Positions 29,664 to 40,735 are shown, counted from the first letter of the stretch. The stretch is 64,000 nt of DNA from Minisyncoccota bacterium (GCA_021734945.1 JAIPIA010000002.1:194829-258828), one strand, 5' to 3'. Numbers and translations are program-made. Notes: generated by a model not told the origin, from the letters alone.

Positions 29664-30251
29664 ATGACAACAATCACACTCACCCCCGAACAGGTTTCAT
29701 TAAACCTGTTCTATTTCGGCATTACGTTCCTCCTTCTCGGCTCAATCGCCCGCAGGTGGGCTGAACTCAAGAAGGTCAGATTCGGCGTCATGCAAGTACC
29801 TCCCATTGACGGAAGACACGGCAAGCTTGAAAAAGCTCTCATGTATCCACTCAAAATAATTGGCTATGTCCTCGCAGTAAGCGCGATTTGGGTCCATGTG
29901 TCGTACACCCCTATTACGTACGGACTTCTCATCTCTTACGTCCTAGTCATCTGTGTCTACGTTGGAATACCATTCTGCTTTAAACCGGACAAAGACTTTT
30001 CGGTCAAAGACAATTGGCAAATTCAAAGAGAAAGATTGATTGCTGCAAGAGGAATGTACGCAATCACAATTCTTTTTGTTCCAACTTCGATTTTTGGGAA
30101 TTGGTGTTTCGGAAGCTTTGTACTCCTCTCTGTTTTTTTGTATGAGGTATTCGTTTTCTCAAACAAAGAACAAAAAAACTGGGAGGAATACGCCGATTTC
30201 GACATCGATCACTCAGAAGAGATTCCTCGGCCAACACCATCGACAGAGTGA
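29664..30251 (+). CDS. Hypothetical integral membrane protein
   Basis: ~5 hydrophobic segments; followed by a GC-rich terminator. Confidence 0.6.
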   Translation: MTTITLTPEQVSLNLFYFGITFLLLGSIARRWAELKKVRFGVMQVPPIDGRHGKLEKALMYPLKIIGYVLAVSAIWVHVSYTPITYGLLISYVLVICVYVGIPFCFKPDKDFSVKDNWQIQRERLIAARGMYAITILFVPTSIFGNWCFGSFVLLSVFLYEVFVFSNKEQKNWEEYADFDIDHSEEIPRPTPSTE

Positions 30252-30269
30252 CCCCCGTCTGTCTGCTTC

Positions 30270-30302
30270 GCGCCGCCCTACTCCAAGGGCGGCGCTTTTT
30301 TT
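30270..30302 (+). terminator. Intrinsic terminator
   Basis: GCGCCGCCCT-actcca-AGGGCGGCGC then a T run. Confidence 0.85.
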
Positions 30303-30319
30303 CTTAGACTGAGTACAAA

Positions 30320-30637
30320 TTAAATAACAACAGCAGTACCACTCACATTCACCATCAACATCCCTCCATGTGAGCCAACAGTTTCATAATCGAGATCAAC
30401 ACCAACGACAGCGTTTGCACCAAGAGCTGCAGCATTTTGCATAATTTCTGCAAGCGCTGCTTCACGAGCTTTTTTCAATTCACCTTCATACATTCCAGAA
30501 CGTCCACCAAAGAAGTCAGTGAATCCTGCAAATATGTCTTTTACAACATTTGCACCCATAATAACCTCTCCTGTTACAAGACCTTTATATTCTTTGATTG
30601 GCTTACCCTCAATAGTATTTGTTGTTGTGATTATCAT
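30320..30637 (-). CDS. YbjQ/UPF0145 family protein
   Basis: [37 protein letters not shown]. Confidence 0.92.
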   Translation of the reverse strand: MIITTTNTIEGKPIKEYKGLVTGEVIMGANVVKDIFAGFTDFFGGRSGMYEGELKKAREAALAEIMQNAAALGANAVVGVDLDYETVGSHGGMLMVNVSGTAVVI

Positions 30638-30756
30638 ATTTTCATTATACCAATATATGAGCACTCTATAAATAGTAATGACATCAATCAAGAAAACGCT
30701 GACAGAGTTACCTGTCAGCGTCGAATTTATCACTTCTATATTACTTATATTTTGGT

Positions 30757-31683
30757 TTACCGATGTCGCTCGATCCATTGAACAATTTCCTTCACCCTAC
30801 TTTCGTGAGCAAGTATCTCTATGTAATCTTTCTGCACGACCTTCAAAGGAAGCTGCGGATTGAATTCATGGATTTCAAGGGTTTGAGGATTCAGCTTGAG
30901 ATGTTTGATTCCCAAAGCTTTATTCATACCGATGATTGGAGTGTTGTCCCAAGGAGTATCGAAACCATTTGGTCGTATGACCAACATACCGATTTCACCT
31001 TTCCACAGACGAGCGACCGTGATGCCAATACTACCGCTTGTAACCTCCATGTCTTTAAACACTCCTCCTTTCTTTTTACGAACCATCTTCCGTAAGACGG
31101 CTGGATAATCGTCAGGGGGATTCGTAAGAAGTACATACATCTCACCCAATGGAGTTTTGGTGTCAGGCTGAAGCAAACTCTTCACTCCAAAACGAGTACG
31201 TGTCGGAGGAAGTCCTTGTGCAAATTGGTATATCTCACCTGTGTTAACGTCCCCGATGCATACTGCGTCAACCTTACCTTTATTAACATGTGCGAGCATA
31301 GTACCCACACCAGTCGACTGTCTCCGGCCAAAAGCTCTTGTTCCATCGATTGGATCGTCAGTAAAGTAATCGCCGAGAGCAAAGCCTTTTTTAGGTTTAA
31401 GCATCAAAGCCTTTTCTTCACCAATGAGACCTACATTTGGATTCCACTTTAGAATCTCATTAACATGGTACTTCTGGACCTTGAGATCGCCACTTGTTAC
31501 CAAGTCAGCATCCACACCATTGTAGTGCAACTTAACAATCCGACTGAAATGAGCAGCTTCTTTTTGTGCAATCTTTATTGCTTTAGTGACAATTCGAAGC
31601 ATGAACTCATCAAGTTTTTCCTTCTGAACGTGAGTCCGAGGAATCCTTATATTTTTGCTTGCCTTTATATTGTGTCTTTTCAT
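30757..31683 (-). CDS. Inositol monophosphatase-family phosphatase
   Basis: DLVTSGD, GEE, DPIDGT, PWD. Confidence 0.8.
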   Translation of the reverse strand: MKRHNIKASKNIRIPRTHVQKEKLDEFMLRIVTKAIKIAQKEAAHFSRIVKLHYNGVDADLVTSGDLKVQKYHVNEILKWNPNVGLIGEEKALMLKPKKGFALGDYFTDDPIDGTRAFGRRQSTGVGTMLAHVNKGKVDAVCIGDVNTGEIYQFAQGLPPTRTRFGVKSLLQPDTKTPLGEMYVLLTNPPDDYPAVLRKMVRKKKGGVFKDMEVTSGSIGITVARLWKGEIGMLVIRPNGFDTPWDNTPIIGMNKALGIKHLKLNPQTLEIHEFNPQLPLKVVQKDYIEILAHESRVKEIVQWIERHR

Positions 31684-31896
31684 GGTATTTCTCTTTCCTT
31701 TTTGTTGTTTTGTACTGATCTGACTACAGTATGTTCGGAAAAAGTCATGTACGCTGAAAAAACACTCACTTATGTACACTTAATTTTGGAATAACCATTT
31801 AAAGCTTGTTTTATATTGTTTTTTTAGATAATATAAGTGTACAAAAATTAGTACAGTTTAATTAAAAATAAGTAAATATATACTAATAATAATTTC

Positions 31897-32625
31897 ATGA
31901 AAAAAACTAACGGTACTTCTACATTTTTAAAACAACTAGGTCTGACTGACGCAGAAATAAAAGTTTATACTTCTCTCTTAAGCATAGAAGAGTCATTAAT
32001 TGTAGATATTACGAAGACGACAGACCTGTACCGACCAGCAGTATACAAAGCAATCGAAGGTTTAAAAGAAAAAGGCTTGATAAGGATTTCATCAAAAGGA
32101 AAAAGACAAACTTACACAGCAGAGGCGCCAGATAGATTAGAAATACTTTTTAAAAACTTTGAGCAAACTTTTTTTAATAATATTGAGGACTTACATCAAA
32201 CATATGAGACAAGTAAAACAAAGCTAAATGTGTCTATGGCTGAAGGTGAAGATGCTATTACAGACGCATATAGTGATGTTATTCATTCGCTTAATAAAGG
32301 TGAGACTTACTATAGATATAGTTCTCTACATAATTTCCTAAAGAAAAAATATATTCCAAAAGATTATGAATATCTTAGAGATAAAAAAGGACTTGAGAGA
32401 TTAATAATAACTGGCAAGAAGACACCACACCAAAAACTTTTAGGGAGAAGTATTAAAATTATTCCGCCTGAATTTGATTTATTTCAAGATGAAATCAATG
32501 TAATTTTATACAAAGATAAAGTAGCGATTATTGACTACCCCTCAAAAACAACTATGACAATCAAGCATGCAAAATTTGCAGAATTTCAAAAGAAATTATT
32601 TAAACTGCTTTATTCAAAATTATAA
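31897..32625 (+). CDS. TrmB-family transcriptional regulator
   Basis: LGLTDAEIKVYTSLL..LYRPAVYKAIEGL. Confidence 0.88.
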   Translation: MKKTNGTSTFLKQLGLTDAEIKVYTSLLSIEESLIVDITKTTDLYRPAVYKAIEGLKEKGLIRISSKGKRQTYTAEAPDRLEILFKNFEQTFFNNIEDLHQTYETSKTKLNVSMAEGEDAITDAYSDVIHSLNKGETYYRYSSLHNFLKKKYIPKDYEYLRDKKGLERLIITGKKTPHQKLLGRSIKIIPPEFDLFQDEINVILYKDKVAIIDYPSKTTMTIKHAKFAEFQKKLFKLLYSKL

Positions 32626-32640
32626 TCTTTCCCTTAAAAT

Positions 32641-33407
32641 CTACTCCCCCAAATAAGCCTCTACCACATCATGTCGAGCTAGGACCTCATGAACAGGACC
32701 CTCTGCAAGTAATTCCCCACTATCCATCACAATAACTCTATCTGAAAGTTCTCGTATCAAATCCATATTATGTTCAATTAAAACAATAGTTGCACCCTCT
32801 CTTCGTAATTCTTTCATTATCTCAGATACGAGTTTAACCATTTCAGGGAAAAGTCCAGCATACGGTTCATCAAAAAATATTATCTGTGCTTTACCAATTT
32901 CTCGCATAGCGAGTACGCGTGCAATCTCCAAAAGCTTACGTTGACCATATGAAAGATTCACCGCTAACTTATCACGAAATTGCCAAATACCAACTCGATG
33001 CAGAACCTTCTCGGCGATAGCCAAGGATATCCTCTATGTTTCTCGAAAATCCCCTTAAACCAACCTCGACATGTTGTAACGACAAGAATATTATCGAGCA
33101 CTGTCATTTGTTCAAATAAACGCACCTCTTGAAACGTTCGTGTAATTCCATAGACAGGCATGTCACTTGCATTCACTCGCTTTAATCCAACCTTGCCAGC
33201 TACCACTATTTCGCCAGATGTTACGGGAATAAGACCTGTCAGGACATTCACCAATGTAGATTTTCCTGAACCATTTGGACCAATAACACCAGTAATTTTC
33301 CCCTCCTCAAAATGAATAGATAGATCGTGAATTGCCCTCACAGTTTCAAACTGTTTTGTTAATGTGTGCGTTTTGAGGGCTGGAGTTGTTGTTTCTGTAG
33401 TAGTCAT
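32641..33407 (-). pseudogene. livG: LivG-like ABC ATPase with a 1-nt frameshift near 33025 (or sequencing error)
   Basis: N-half GPNGSGKS, TRTFQEVRLF and C-half LSYGQRKLLEIAR, DEPYAG, IEHNM lie in different frames. Confidence 0.85.
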
Positions 33408-33441
33408 GTAGTTTCGCTGATATAGTATATCAAATAAAGCC

Positions 33442-33720
33442 ATGTCAAAACCAACTCATAAAAAGATAACCCGCAGTCATACAAGCGCCATTGGAAAAGC
33501 CGAGGAGGTTGTTGCTCTTATACAAAAGATACCTGCTGTGACAAAAATATCACTGGGCATCATCAAGCATATAGGTGTCGGTAAACCAACTGTAAAATTC
33601 CATGTAATTACAGGTGGATGCAAAGCAGTCATACGTGGAAATATTTCTATTCAAGAGATATTTGTCTACACAAAAGAAGTTGAGTTTGTGCAGAATAAGA
33701 TTAAGGGTTGTTTTAAGTAA
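33442..33720 (+). CDS. DUF2103-like small protein
   Basis: KITRSHTSAI..VTKISLGII..GNISIQEIFV. Confidence 0.6.
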   Translation: MSKPTHKKITRSHTSAIGKAEEVVALIQKIPAVTKISLGIIKHIGVGKPTVKFHVITGGCKAVIRGNISIQEIFVYTKEVEFVQNKIKGCFK

Positions 33721-33725
33721 TGAAA

Positions 33726-34898
33726 CTACTTAACAATCTCAAACTTTGAACCCCTTACCTCCTTCACATATATAGGTACCTCCTTACTTAGATCACCATT
33801 CTGATCAAAACCAAAGTAACCCGTAAGTGTAACTGAAGCAGTATCCCCTTTCAAAACACATTCTTTCAATCCTTCTCCTATTTTAGAAGAGCAAGTTTTA
33901 TAATTATTTGATAGTTTATTTATCAAATCATATGCATAAGCACCGTATTGTTGAGGCTCACGACCATTAAACTTAGCCTTATATTCTTTACAGTATTGTT
34001 CAGTAGCACTATTTGATTCACATGAAAATGGAACTGCGGTAACCACAACTCCCTCATTTACGCCTTTAGTAATTTTCAAAAATTCATCACTATCTATACC
34101 TGAAAAACCAGCAACTAAACCTTTAAAGCCTAGTTCTCGAATACTTTTAATAACAGGACCTGCTGTTTTATCTACCCCCAGAACATAAATACTATCTGGT
34201 TTCGAGCTCAAAACTTTTGTCACAATTGTATTATATTCAACATCTTTTTTATAACCTTCTGTGTCAACGACCACTCCTCCACGAGAGGTAAAGTCTTCTG
34301 CAAATTGTTTTGTACCTGTAGTTAAAGTATCACTGCCAGAATCATATATGACTGCGACTTTATTTAGTTTTTCACCGTACATTGATGATCTAGACGCAAG
34401 AAATTCACTCATACGAGTTACCTCCCGTGTAATAGAAGGTTGTAGTGTAAGCGCAAAATCATCCTTACCCATCAACATAGGAGTAGCTGAGATAGCAAAA
34501 AATGGCACTTTAGATCTTTCTGAGACCGCAGACATTGCTATATTCACAGTGCTTCCTGGACCTGTAATAACAGCTTGTACCTTTTTATTTTGGATTAAAT
34601 TTTGAATTGCAGATATTCCCTTTTGTGGTTCACTAGCAGAATCTTCAATCCAAATACTTACAGAGTTGCCAACTTTTTCTTGGGCAAGTGCAATAGCGTT
34701 TTGTATGTCCTCACTTATTCCAGCAAAATTTCCAGTAATAGGAAGAACTACACCGATTTTTATTTGATTTGGATTAATCTGACTGCTGATTTGGTTATTA
34801 TGTTTGAAGTCACCTACTTCATAAATTCCCCATACCAGTACAAGCAGTGCGAGCGAAACATATATTGTTTTTTTATACATAGACATATTTAGAAACAT
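33726..34898 (-). CDS. LivK/LivJ-like substrate-binding protein 1
   Basis: IKIGVVLPITG, EDSASEP, YAYD, GYFGFDQNGD; N-terminal TM anchor. Confidence 0.88.
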   Translation of the reverse strand: MFLNMSMYKKTIYVSLALLVLVWGIYEVGDFKHNNQISSQINPNQIKIGVVLPITGNFAGISEDIQNAIALAQEKVGNSVSIWIEDSASEPQKGISAIQNLIQNKKVQAVITGPGSTVNIAMSAVSERSKVPFFAISATPMLMGKDDFALTLQPSITREVTRMSEFLASRSSMYGEKLNKVAVIYDSGSDTLTTGTKQFAEDFTSRGGVVVDTEGYKKDVEYNTIVTKVLSSKPDSIYVLGVDKTAGPVIKSIRELGFKGLVAGFSGIDSDEFLKITKGVNEGVVVTAVPFSCESNSATEQYCKEYKAKFNGREPQQYGAYAYDLINKLSNNYKTCSSKIGEGLKECVLKGDTASVTLTGYFGFDQNGDLSKEVPIYVKEVRGSKFEIVK

Positions 34899-35087
34899 TT
34901 AATTAATTTTTAATCGAATTAGCAGAATTCCAATAGTCTAGTCTTATAAGCGTCTATAAGCCATACTTTTAGTTATATATGTATAGTAATTGCAAAATAT
35001 CCTTATTTGTATTAGTATTAAGCCTGTATAAATAACGCCGTAAAAGTCGGCATATATGTAAATTAAGTCTCAAATTAACTAAATCAT

Positions 35088-35849
35088 ATGTCTACACATC
35101 AACATAATCCCCTTCAGTCTTTGATTCAGTACGGCCTAACAGAGCGACAAGCCAAGGTATATATGGTCTGTCTAGAGTTTGGTGTTGCTTCAATCCAGCA
35201 GATCAGCAAGCGGCTACAGGTCGCACGGAGTTCATGTGAGGCTACACTTGGACAGCTCCAAGCAAAAGGCTTTATATCTGTTCACAAAAATAAGACAGTT
35301 AGAAAATATTCACCAGAAGATCCAAAACACGTACTCAAAAGTGCTGAGCAGAAGGTAAAGGCACTGTCCTCCTCCCTTCCTGATCTCACTGGTATATTTT
35401 TAAAAAATCGAACAATACCATCAGTTCGAATGTATGAAGGTAAAAATGGATTATGGTCAGTACTCGAAGAAATACTATCCGAGGCTAAAATTTTGTATGG
35501 ATTTGGTTCAGCAGATGCATTATTTGATACTATCGGTGAAACATTTCCAGAGTTTCGAAGACAGCGTATCCAAAAGAAAATATTAATTAAAATTATTTTA
35601 AAGGATAGTGTAAAAGCAAGACAACGACAAGAAGCTGGACCAAGTGAACTTCGAGACGTACGTATTATTAAGGATACAGGTAATTTTGCTAGTCTTATGT
35701 TTATGTGGAATTCTAAGATTGCTTCCTTTTCACTTGGAGACGAAATTGTAGCTGTAATAATTGAGAGTAAGGAAATCGCAGAGGGACAAATGGCTATGTT
35801 CAACTTTACATGGAATGGTTTGCCCGCGCATAGAGCTACGAATGTGTAA
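35088..35849 (+). CDS. TrmB-family transcriptional regulator
   Basis: YGLTERQAKVYMVCLEFG..PSVRMYEGKNG. Confidence 0.88.
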   Translation: MSTHQHNPLQSLIQYGLTERQAKVYMVCLEFGVASIQQISKRLQVARSSCEATLGQLQAKGFISVHKNKTVRKYSPEDPKHVLKSAEQKVKALSSSLPDLTGIFLKNRTIPSVRMYEGKNGLWSVLEEILSEAKILYGFGSADALFDTIGETFPEFRRQRIQKKILIKIILKDSVKARQRQEAGPSELRDVRIIKDTGNFASLMFMWNSKIASFSLGDEIVAVIIESKEIAEGQMAMFNFTWNGLPAHRATNV

Positions 35850-35923
35850 CCACACATTTTAAACGTGCGGGGAATTTTTAATATAAATTTCCCATCAATT
35901 TTTTATAAAATTCCCAAGATTCT

Positions 35924-36790
35924 CTAAAGCTTAAACTCCCCCAACATACCCTGTGGTCTATAAAGCATAAGAGCAATTAGAAGTCCGCCATACACAACCT
36001 GTCTCATTTGCGCAGCTATATCTGTTGGAAAACCAACGAACCGAAGAATTTCTGGCAAAAGGATAAGGAATAAGGCACCTAGAACAGCACCACGAACATT
36101 TGAAAGTCCTCCAAGAATAATCATTGCAAGTATAAAGATTGATTCGTTGAGTGTGAACGTAGATGGATCAATAAAAGTAATGTATGAAGCAAAGAGTGAA
36201 CCACCAATAGCTGCCATTCCTGCAGAAATAACAAAGATGACCAACTTGTACGTTTTTGTATTGTAACCAAATACACTTATAGCTTTTTCATCTTCACGAA
36301 TAGCTTTGAGGACACGACCAAACGATGAATTCACTATAAATCGGGCGATTCCATATACAATAAGCATCATTACAATAGCTAGAACTAAAAATTGTAGAGT
36401 AGATGAGAATGTATATCCAAAGATTTCAGGCTTCCCTATTCCTGGTATACCAAGAGGACCACGAGTTAAATCCTGCCAATTTAAAAATATACTGAAGACA
36501 ATAATGTTGAATCCGAATGATACCAATGCATAATAGTCATCTTTAAATCGTGCAAGTACGAAACCAATGAGAAGGGCGCATAGCATTGATACGACTATGC
36601 CTACCAGTACCGAAGTAAAAAAATTGAAACCATATACAGTCATAAGGATAGCTGTTGCATATGCACCGAAGCCATAAAATGCTGCGTGAGTTACAGAGAG
36701 GAGTCCTGTATAACCAACTACGAGATCAAGCGAGATAGCTAGACCAGCGTAGATAGTGAAGAGTACAGCGAGGTGATAAAGGTATTCCAT
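35924..36790 (-). CDS. livM: Branched-chain amino acid ABC permease (LivM-like)
   Basis: GYTGLLSVTHAAFYG, LTRGPLG, FGRVLKAIREDE, RPQGMLG. Confidence 0.92.
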   Translation of the reverse strand: MEYLYHLAVLFTIYAGLAISLDLVVGYTGLLSVTHAAFYGFGAYATAILMTVYGFNFFTSVLVGIVVSMLCALLIGFVLARFKDDYYALVSFGFNIIVFSIFLNWQDLTRGPLGIPGIGKPEIFGYTFSSTLQFLVLAIVMMLIVYGIARFIVNSSFGRVLKAIREDEKAISVFGYNTKTYKLVIFVISAGMAAIGGSLFASYITFIDPSTFTLNESIFILAMIILGGLSNVRGAVLGALFLILLPEILRFVGFPTDIAAQMRQVVYGGLLIALMLYRPQGMLGEFKL

Positions 36791-36872
36791 GAGATTTTAT
36801 ACTCTTATATTATGCCGTAAATATGTATTTTGTGAAAGTTTGACAGACAATCAGTTTTAGATAAAATATAGA

Positions 36873-36923
36873 TACTTTTGGGATTTCCCACGACCCCGCT
36901 CGAGAGAGCGGGGATAATTTTTT
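36873..36923 (+). ncRNA. Putative small RNA convergent on the pemK-like gene
   Basis: TTGACA(36840)-16-TAAAAT promoter; small TGGGA/TCCCA hairpin; CCCCGCTC-gaga-GAGCGGGG terminator with T run. Confidence 0.45.
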
Positions 36924-36955
36924 CTAAAGGCCTAGTAGGATTTGTAATTTTCTCT

Positions 36956-37324
36956 TTAATTGTATGAATATTTTTCGTCAATTTCACCATGTTTGTTAAC
37001 TAACCTTCGATAGTCGAACATTCTTATTTGCGAAAGATTGGCGGTAATGAACTTATTTTTATATAAGAATGAATAAAACCAAGTCCCCTCTTTAAACTTA
37101 GTAGTAAAAGGTATTCCGATAAACACTGTAGCGCTAAGTTTCTTTAATACAAGTATAGGTCTTGCAAACAAATCACCCTTACCATTAATTTCTACTCCAA
37201 TATTTTTGCCAACGCTACACCACCAAATTTCGCATTCTTTTAAAAAAGGAGGTTTATTATCCCTTGAATCAATTTGTTTTTTCTTTTCACTCCACTCTAA
37301 AAACGTATTCTCCACATCTCTCAT
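36956..37324 (-). CDS. PemK/MazF-like endoribonuclease toxin (C-terminus possibly frameshifted)
   Basis: EIWWCSVGKNIGVEINGK..RPILVLKK..IPFTT..LSQIRMFDYRRL. Confidence 0.85.
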   Translation of the reverse strand: MRDVENTFLEWSEKKKQIDSRDNKPPFLKECEIWWCSVGKNIGVEINGKGDLFARPILVLKKLSATVFIGIPFTTKFKEGTWFYSFLYKNKFITANLSQIRMFDYRRLVNKHGEIDEKYSYN

Positions 37325-37389
37325 GTTACTGAAAGGGAATAAAATACAGATAAATTAATTCTAAAAAAAATTAAAGGGTTCTAAATATA

Positions 37390-38526
37390 CTAAATACTCA
37401 CCAATTTACCTCCTCTCACCTCTTTCATCATAATTGCCGTACTACTTGAGACTACACCACCAATAGAATCAAACTTAATTGGACCGTATGTTTGCGTATC
37501 AAATTTTGTACTTAGCATATAAGCATTCAAGTCTTCGGCAGTATGAGGAGCGGGGTTATCTTTTAAATACTTTGCCAATACGTAAACAGTATCGTACGTA
37601 TTAATAGCACTAAACATAGGTTCTACACCAAATCTAGTTTTATACTTAGCAACAAAATCTGCTTTTGGATCTGAAGGTACATAGTATTTCGCTCCCTCAA
37701 CCCATTTTGCATCTACTTTTTTAGCTTGAATACTTTGTTCCAGAAATTCATCGGCAAATAGAGCAATATCCTTTTTAGTTAATTCATTCCATCTTTTTGG
37801 AAAATCTACTGAAAGCTTTTCATCATACGCACCAAAAAATACAGCATCAGGATTTGCACTTTGAACTTTAGAAATAACTGTTCTTACATCAGAACCGCTA
37901 TTCATAAACTCAGATCCAACAATTTTTATTCCCCTATTTTCAACCTCTTTTTTCAAAAATTGCACAAGGGTCGAATAATAAGAATCATTTTGAGTAACTA
38001 TATATAGTGTTTTTACACCAGATTTAATCATTTCATCTATTGTCACATTTGCTTTTGAAGATGTTCTGTACCAAAGTGAAAATACATTCTTATGGTTCTT
38101 GGGAATATTTACTGACTCAATTGCGGCATCTTGTGATATGAGTGGAATATTCTCTGACACAACAGACTCTGAACCCTGATATGAATCAAGCCACGTAATC
38201 ATTACAGCATTTACTTTATCTACATTTACAAGCTTTGACATCGCGTTCACAGAATCTTTAGAAGTACTCTTCATGTCTTCAATTACGATTTCAAGCTTCT
38301 TTCCATCAATACCACCTTTTGCATTTATCTCATCCTGAGCAAGTAAAATAGCGTTTCGTGAAGCCTCACCCCAGGCTGATGCATCGCCCGTAAGACCAAG
38401 TGCCGCACCAATTTTAAAAGAAGACACCGTTTGATTATTAGTATTTATACGGTACTTTTCGTTATATTTTGACAGCACCAACAATAAGCACACCAAAACA
38501 ATCAATGTAATAATTACTTTTTTCAT
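37390..38526 (-). CDS. LivK/LivJ-like substrate-binding protein 2
   Basis: KIGAALGLTGDASAWG..EINAKGGIDGKKLEIVIED. Confidence 0.88.
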   Translation of the reverse strand: MKKVIITLIVLVCLLLVLSKYNEKYRINTNNQTVSSFKIGAALGLTGDASAWGEASRNAILLAQDEINAKGGIDGKKLEIVIEDMKSTSKDSVNAMSKLVNVDKVNAVMITWLDSYQGSESVVSENIPLISQDAAIESVNIPKNHKNVFSLWYRTSSKANVTIDEMIKSGVKTLYIVTQNDSYYSTLVQFLKKEVENRGIKIVGSEFMNSGSDVRTVISKVQSANPDAVFFGAYDEKLSVDFPKRWNELTKKDIALFADEFLEQSIQAKKVDAKWVEGAKYYVPSDPKADFVAKYKTRFGVEPMFSAINTYDTVYVLAKYLKDNPAPHTAEDLNAYMLSTKFDTQTYGPIKFDSIGGVVSSSTAIMMKEVRGGKLVSI

Positions 38527-38619
38527 ATTGTATATTCTATACTTTTGAGGATTTTAGTAAACAGCTTGTCGGACCACCATAGGTCTCTCTGCCCTCACTA
38601 TCACAATTTTAATCAAATA

Positions 38620-38650
38620 TAAAAGGCATATCCTACAAGGATATGCCTTT
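38620..38650. terminator. Terminator hairpin between SBP genes
   Basis: AAAAGGCATATCCT-aca-AGGATATGCCTTTT. Confidence 0.8.
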
Positions 38651-38676
38651 TATACCTTTTCACATGCAACTTTATA

Positions 38677-39759
38677 TTATTGTATTTCGCTCAGAACTCC
38701 TCCTTTGATTATTTTCATACCAAACTCAGGCTGGCGTAATCCTTCTTTGTTGAATGATATATTACCAGTAACGCCCTTAAGAGATAAAGATTTCATATTA
38801 TTACTCATAACCTTTGAGTCAGCGTCATATCCGGCCACAAACGTATTGAATGCGTCATATCCGTATCCGGCAAATATAGATGGTTCTGCACCGTATCTGG
38901 CTTTGTATTTTTCAACAAAGACAGGATCCATTTTTGATTTAAGTGACATTACATATGAACCATCAAGCACCGATAGGTCTGGAAACGCACCTGTATATTC
39001 GACACTGTCATAGATAAGATCAAATACGATTGTGGGCTTGTTTGGATATTTTTGAATTTCTTTTAACACTCTCGCTCCATTTGATGAATATGCACTAAGA
39101 ACAACAATCTTTGGGTTATGAGCCATTGCCTTTGCAACTATAGTGGCATATTCTTTTTGATTTTGATCGAGTTTAAATTCTTCAACAAAAGGATTACTGT
39201 ATCCTTTCTTTATGTTGCTCACAAACTTCATCACCGTTGAATCATTTGTATAAAACAACACAGTATCATTTCCATTACTCATTTTCTTTACAAATTCCCC
39301 CGTTGCAACTTCAGGCGCATCTTGCGTTGGGTAGACCTGGTACACAGTGTCGTCAGCAGGATCTCTATCTTGTTCACCAAGTTGAATCACCGGTAACTTC
39401 GAGTTTGTTACGGAATCATACACAATACTAATAGTTGGGCTACTCAAGTTAATTAATCCATCTATTTTATTGAATGACACTAATTTATTGTATGCACTAA
39501 GTCCTTTTTTACTTTCACTTCCATCATCTTCAACACTGAGAGAGATTTGAGCATCAGGATTACTCTTAGTATATTCTTCATGAGCAAACTTAATACCTTG
39601 TGAAAAAGCCTGTCCGAGTGCAGCAAAGGCACCTGTTTCACTCGATATAACTCCTACACTCAACTTCGTCGGTTCGATTTTGTTATTCTTGTTAGCAAAT
39701 GAAAATACTATTACTAGTACAATCAATACACCTAAGAAACCATATGCAATCTTTTTCAT
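38677..39759 (-). CDS. LivK/LivJ-like substrate-binding protein 3
   Basis: VGVISSETGAFAALG, EDDGS, GYDA, GVTGNISFNKEG. Confidence 0.86.
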   Translation of the reverse strand: MKKIAYGFLGVLIVLVIVFSFANKNNKIEPTKLSVGVISSETGAFAALGQAFSQGIKFAHEEYTKSNPDAQISLSVEDDGSESKKGLSAYNKLVSFNKIDGLINLSSPTISIVYDSVTNSKLPVIQLGEQDRDPADDTVYQVYPTQDAPEVATGEFVKKMSNGNDTVLFYTNDSTVMKFVSNIKKGYSNPFVEEFKLDQNQKEYATIVAKAMAHNPKIVVLSAYSSNGARVLKEIQKYPNKPTIVFDLIYDSVEYTGAFPDLSVLDGSYVMSLKSKMDPVFVEKYKARYGAEPSIFAGYGYDAFNTFVAGYDADSKVMSNNMKSLSLKGVTGNISFNKEGLRQPEFGMKIIKGGVLSEIQ

Positions 39760-39948
39760 TTAAGTAATTTATTATGTTATTTTTAACGTACAACATTATT
39801 CAATCAATTTGTTATATGGTCAATTTTGATAGGTATCGTTGTCGTTATTAAGTATTAATATATTGTTTTAAATAAGGTTTAAATCTAAATATTGATAAAA
39901 TCGCCAGTTTTATTGACTAATTTGCCATTTAGTTTACTATAAGTGTAT

Positions 39949-40692
39949 ATGAATAAATTGGTAGAGTCGCTTAAAACACTAGGATATTCGGATAAAGAGG
40001 CTTTGACATACGTCTCCCTGCTCGAACTTGGTCGCGCAACAGCATATTCTGTATCCGAAAAGTCAGGTCTCAAGAAACCAACTACTCACGTCATTCTGGG
40101 TGAACTCCTCAAAAAAGGTGCAGTTATTACAATTCCAGGCGCTAAAAAGAAGATATTTACAGTAAGATCTCCTGAGGAGCTATTCGCACGAGCCGAGGAA
40201 AGTTTAATAAGAGCAAAAAAGTCCCTTCCAGATTTATTGTCTATGGCTTTAGAGAGTCGTTCTGAATTTAAGACTCTCTACTACGAAGGAATCCAAGGAC
40301 TAAAAGATTCTTTGTATTATAAAATGAAGACAGTCAAAAAGAAGGAGCTTATAGGTTTTTATGCACTCGTAACAAAGGATGTAGATCCTGTAGTACTACG
40401 CATGTTTGATGTTTGGGGTAAAGATTTAAAGGAAAATTCAATAAGAATGAGAGGTTTCACTCCAGAACATTCCTCGACTGAAAGATACAAACCTGCGTCT
40501 AATGATCCATATCGAGATTTGCGTTTTCTTCCTTTAGAAAATTATTCTTCTGAAATATCTATAGAGGCACTCGATGATTTTGTTAGAATTACAGATATTA
40601 GACATCTCCAAATAGTAATTATAGACAATCCACATATCGCTAGGACACTTAGACAAATATTTGAAATGATGTGGCAAGTACTTCCAAGATAG
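39949..40692 (+). CDS. TrmB-family transcriptional regulator
   Basis: LGYSDKEALTYVSLLELG..LKKPTTHVIL. Confidence 0.88.
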   Translation: MNKLVESLKTLGYSDKEALTYVSLLELGRATAYSVSEKSGLKKPTTHVILGELLKKGAVITIPGAKKKIFTVRSPEELFARAEESLIRAKKSLPDLLSMALESRSEFKTLYYEGIQGLKDSLYYKMKTVKKKELIGFYALVTKDVDPVVLRMFDVWGKDLKENSIRMRGFTPEHSSTERYKPASNDPYRDLRFLPLENYSSEISIEALDDFVRITDIRHLQIVIIDNPHIARTLRQIFEMMWQVLPR

Positions 40693-40735
40693 ACTTTGAA
40701 GTAATTTAATTTAAACTATCCGAACTTTAATCTAA

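Noticed and set aside
35282-35857. Long antisense ORFs (also 4935-5372, 42359-42835, 55848-56306)
   Set aside because: Shadow frames of well-supported genes on the opposite strand.
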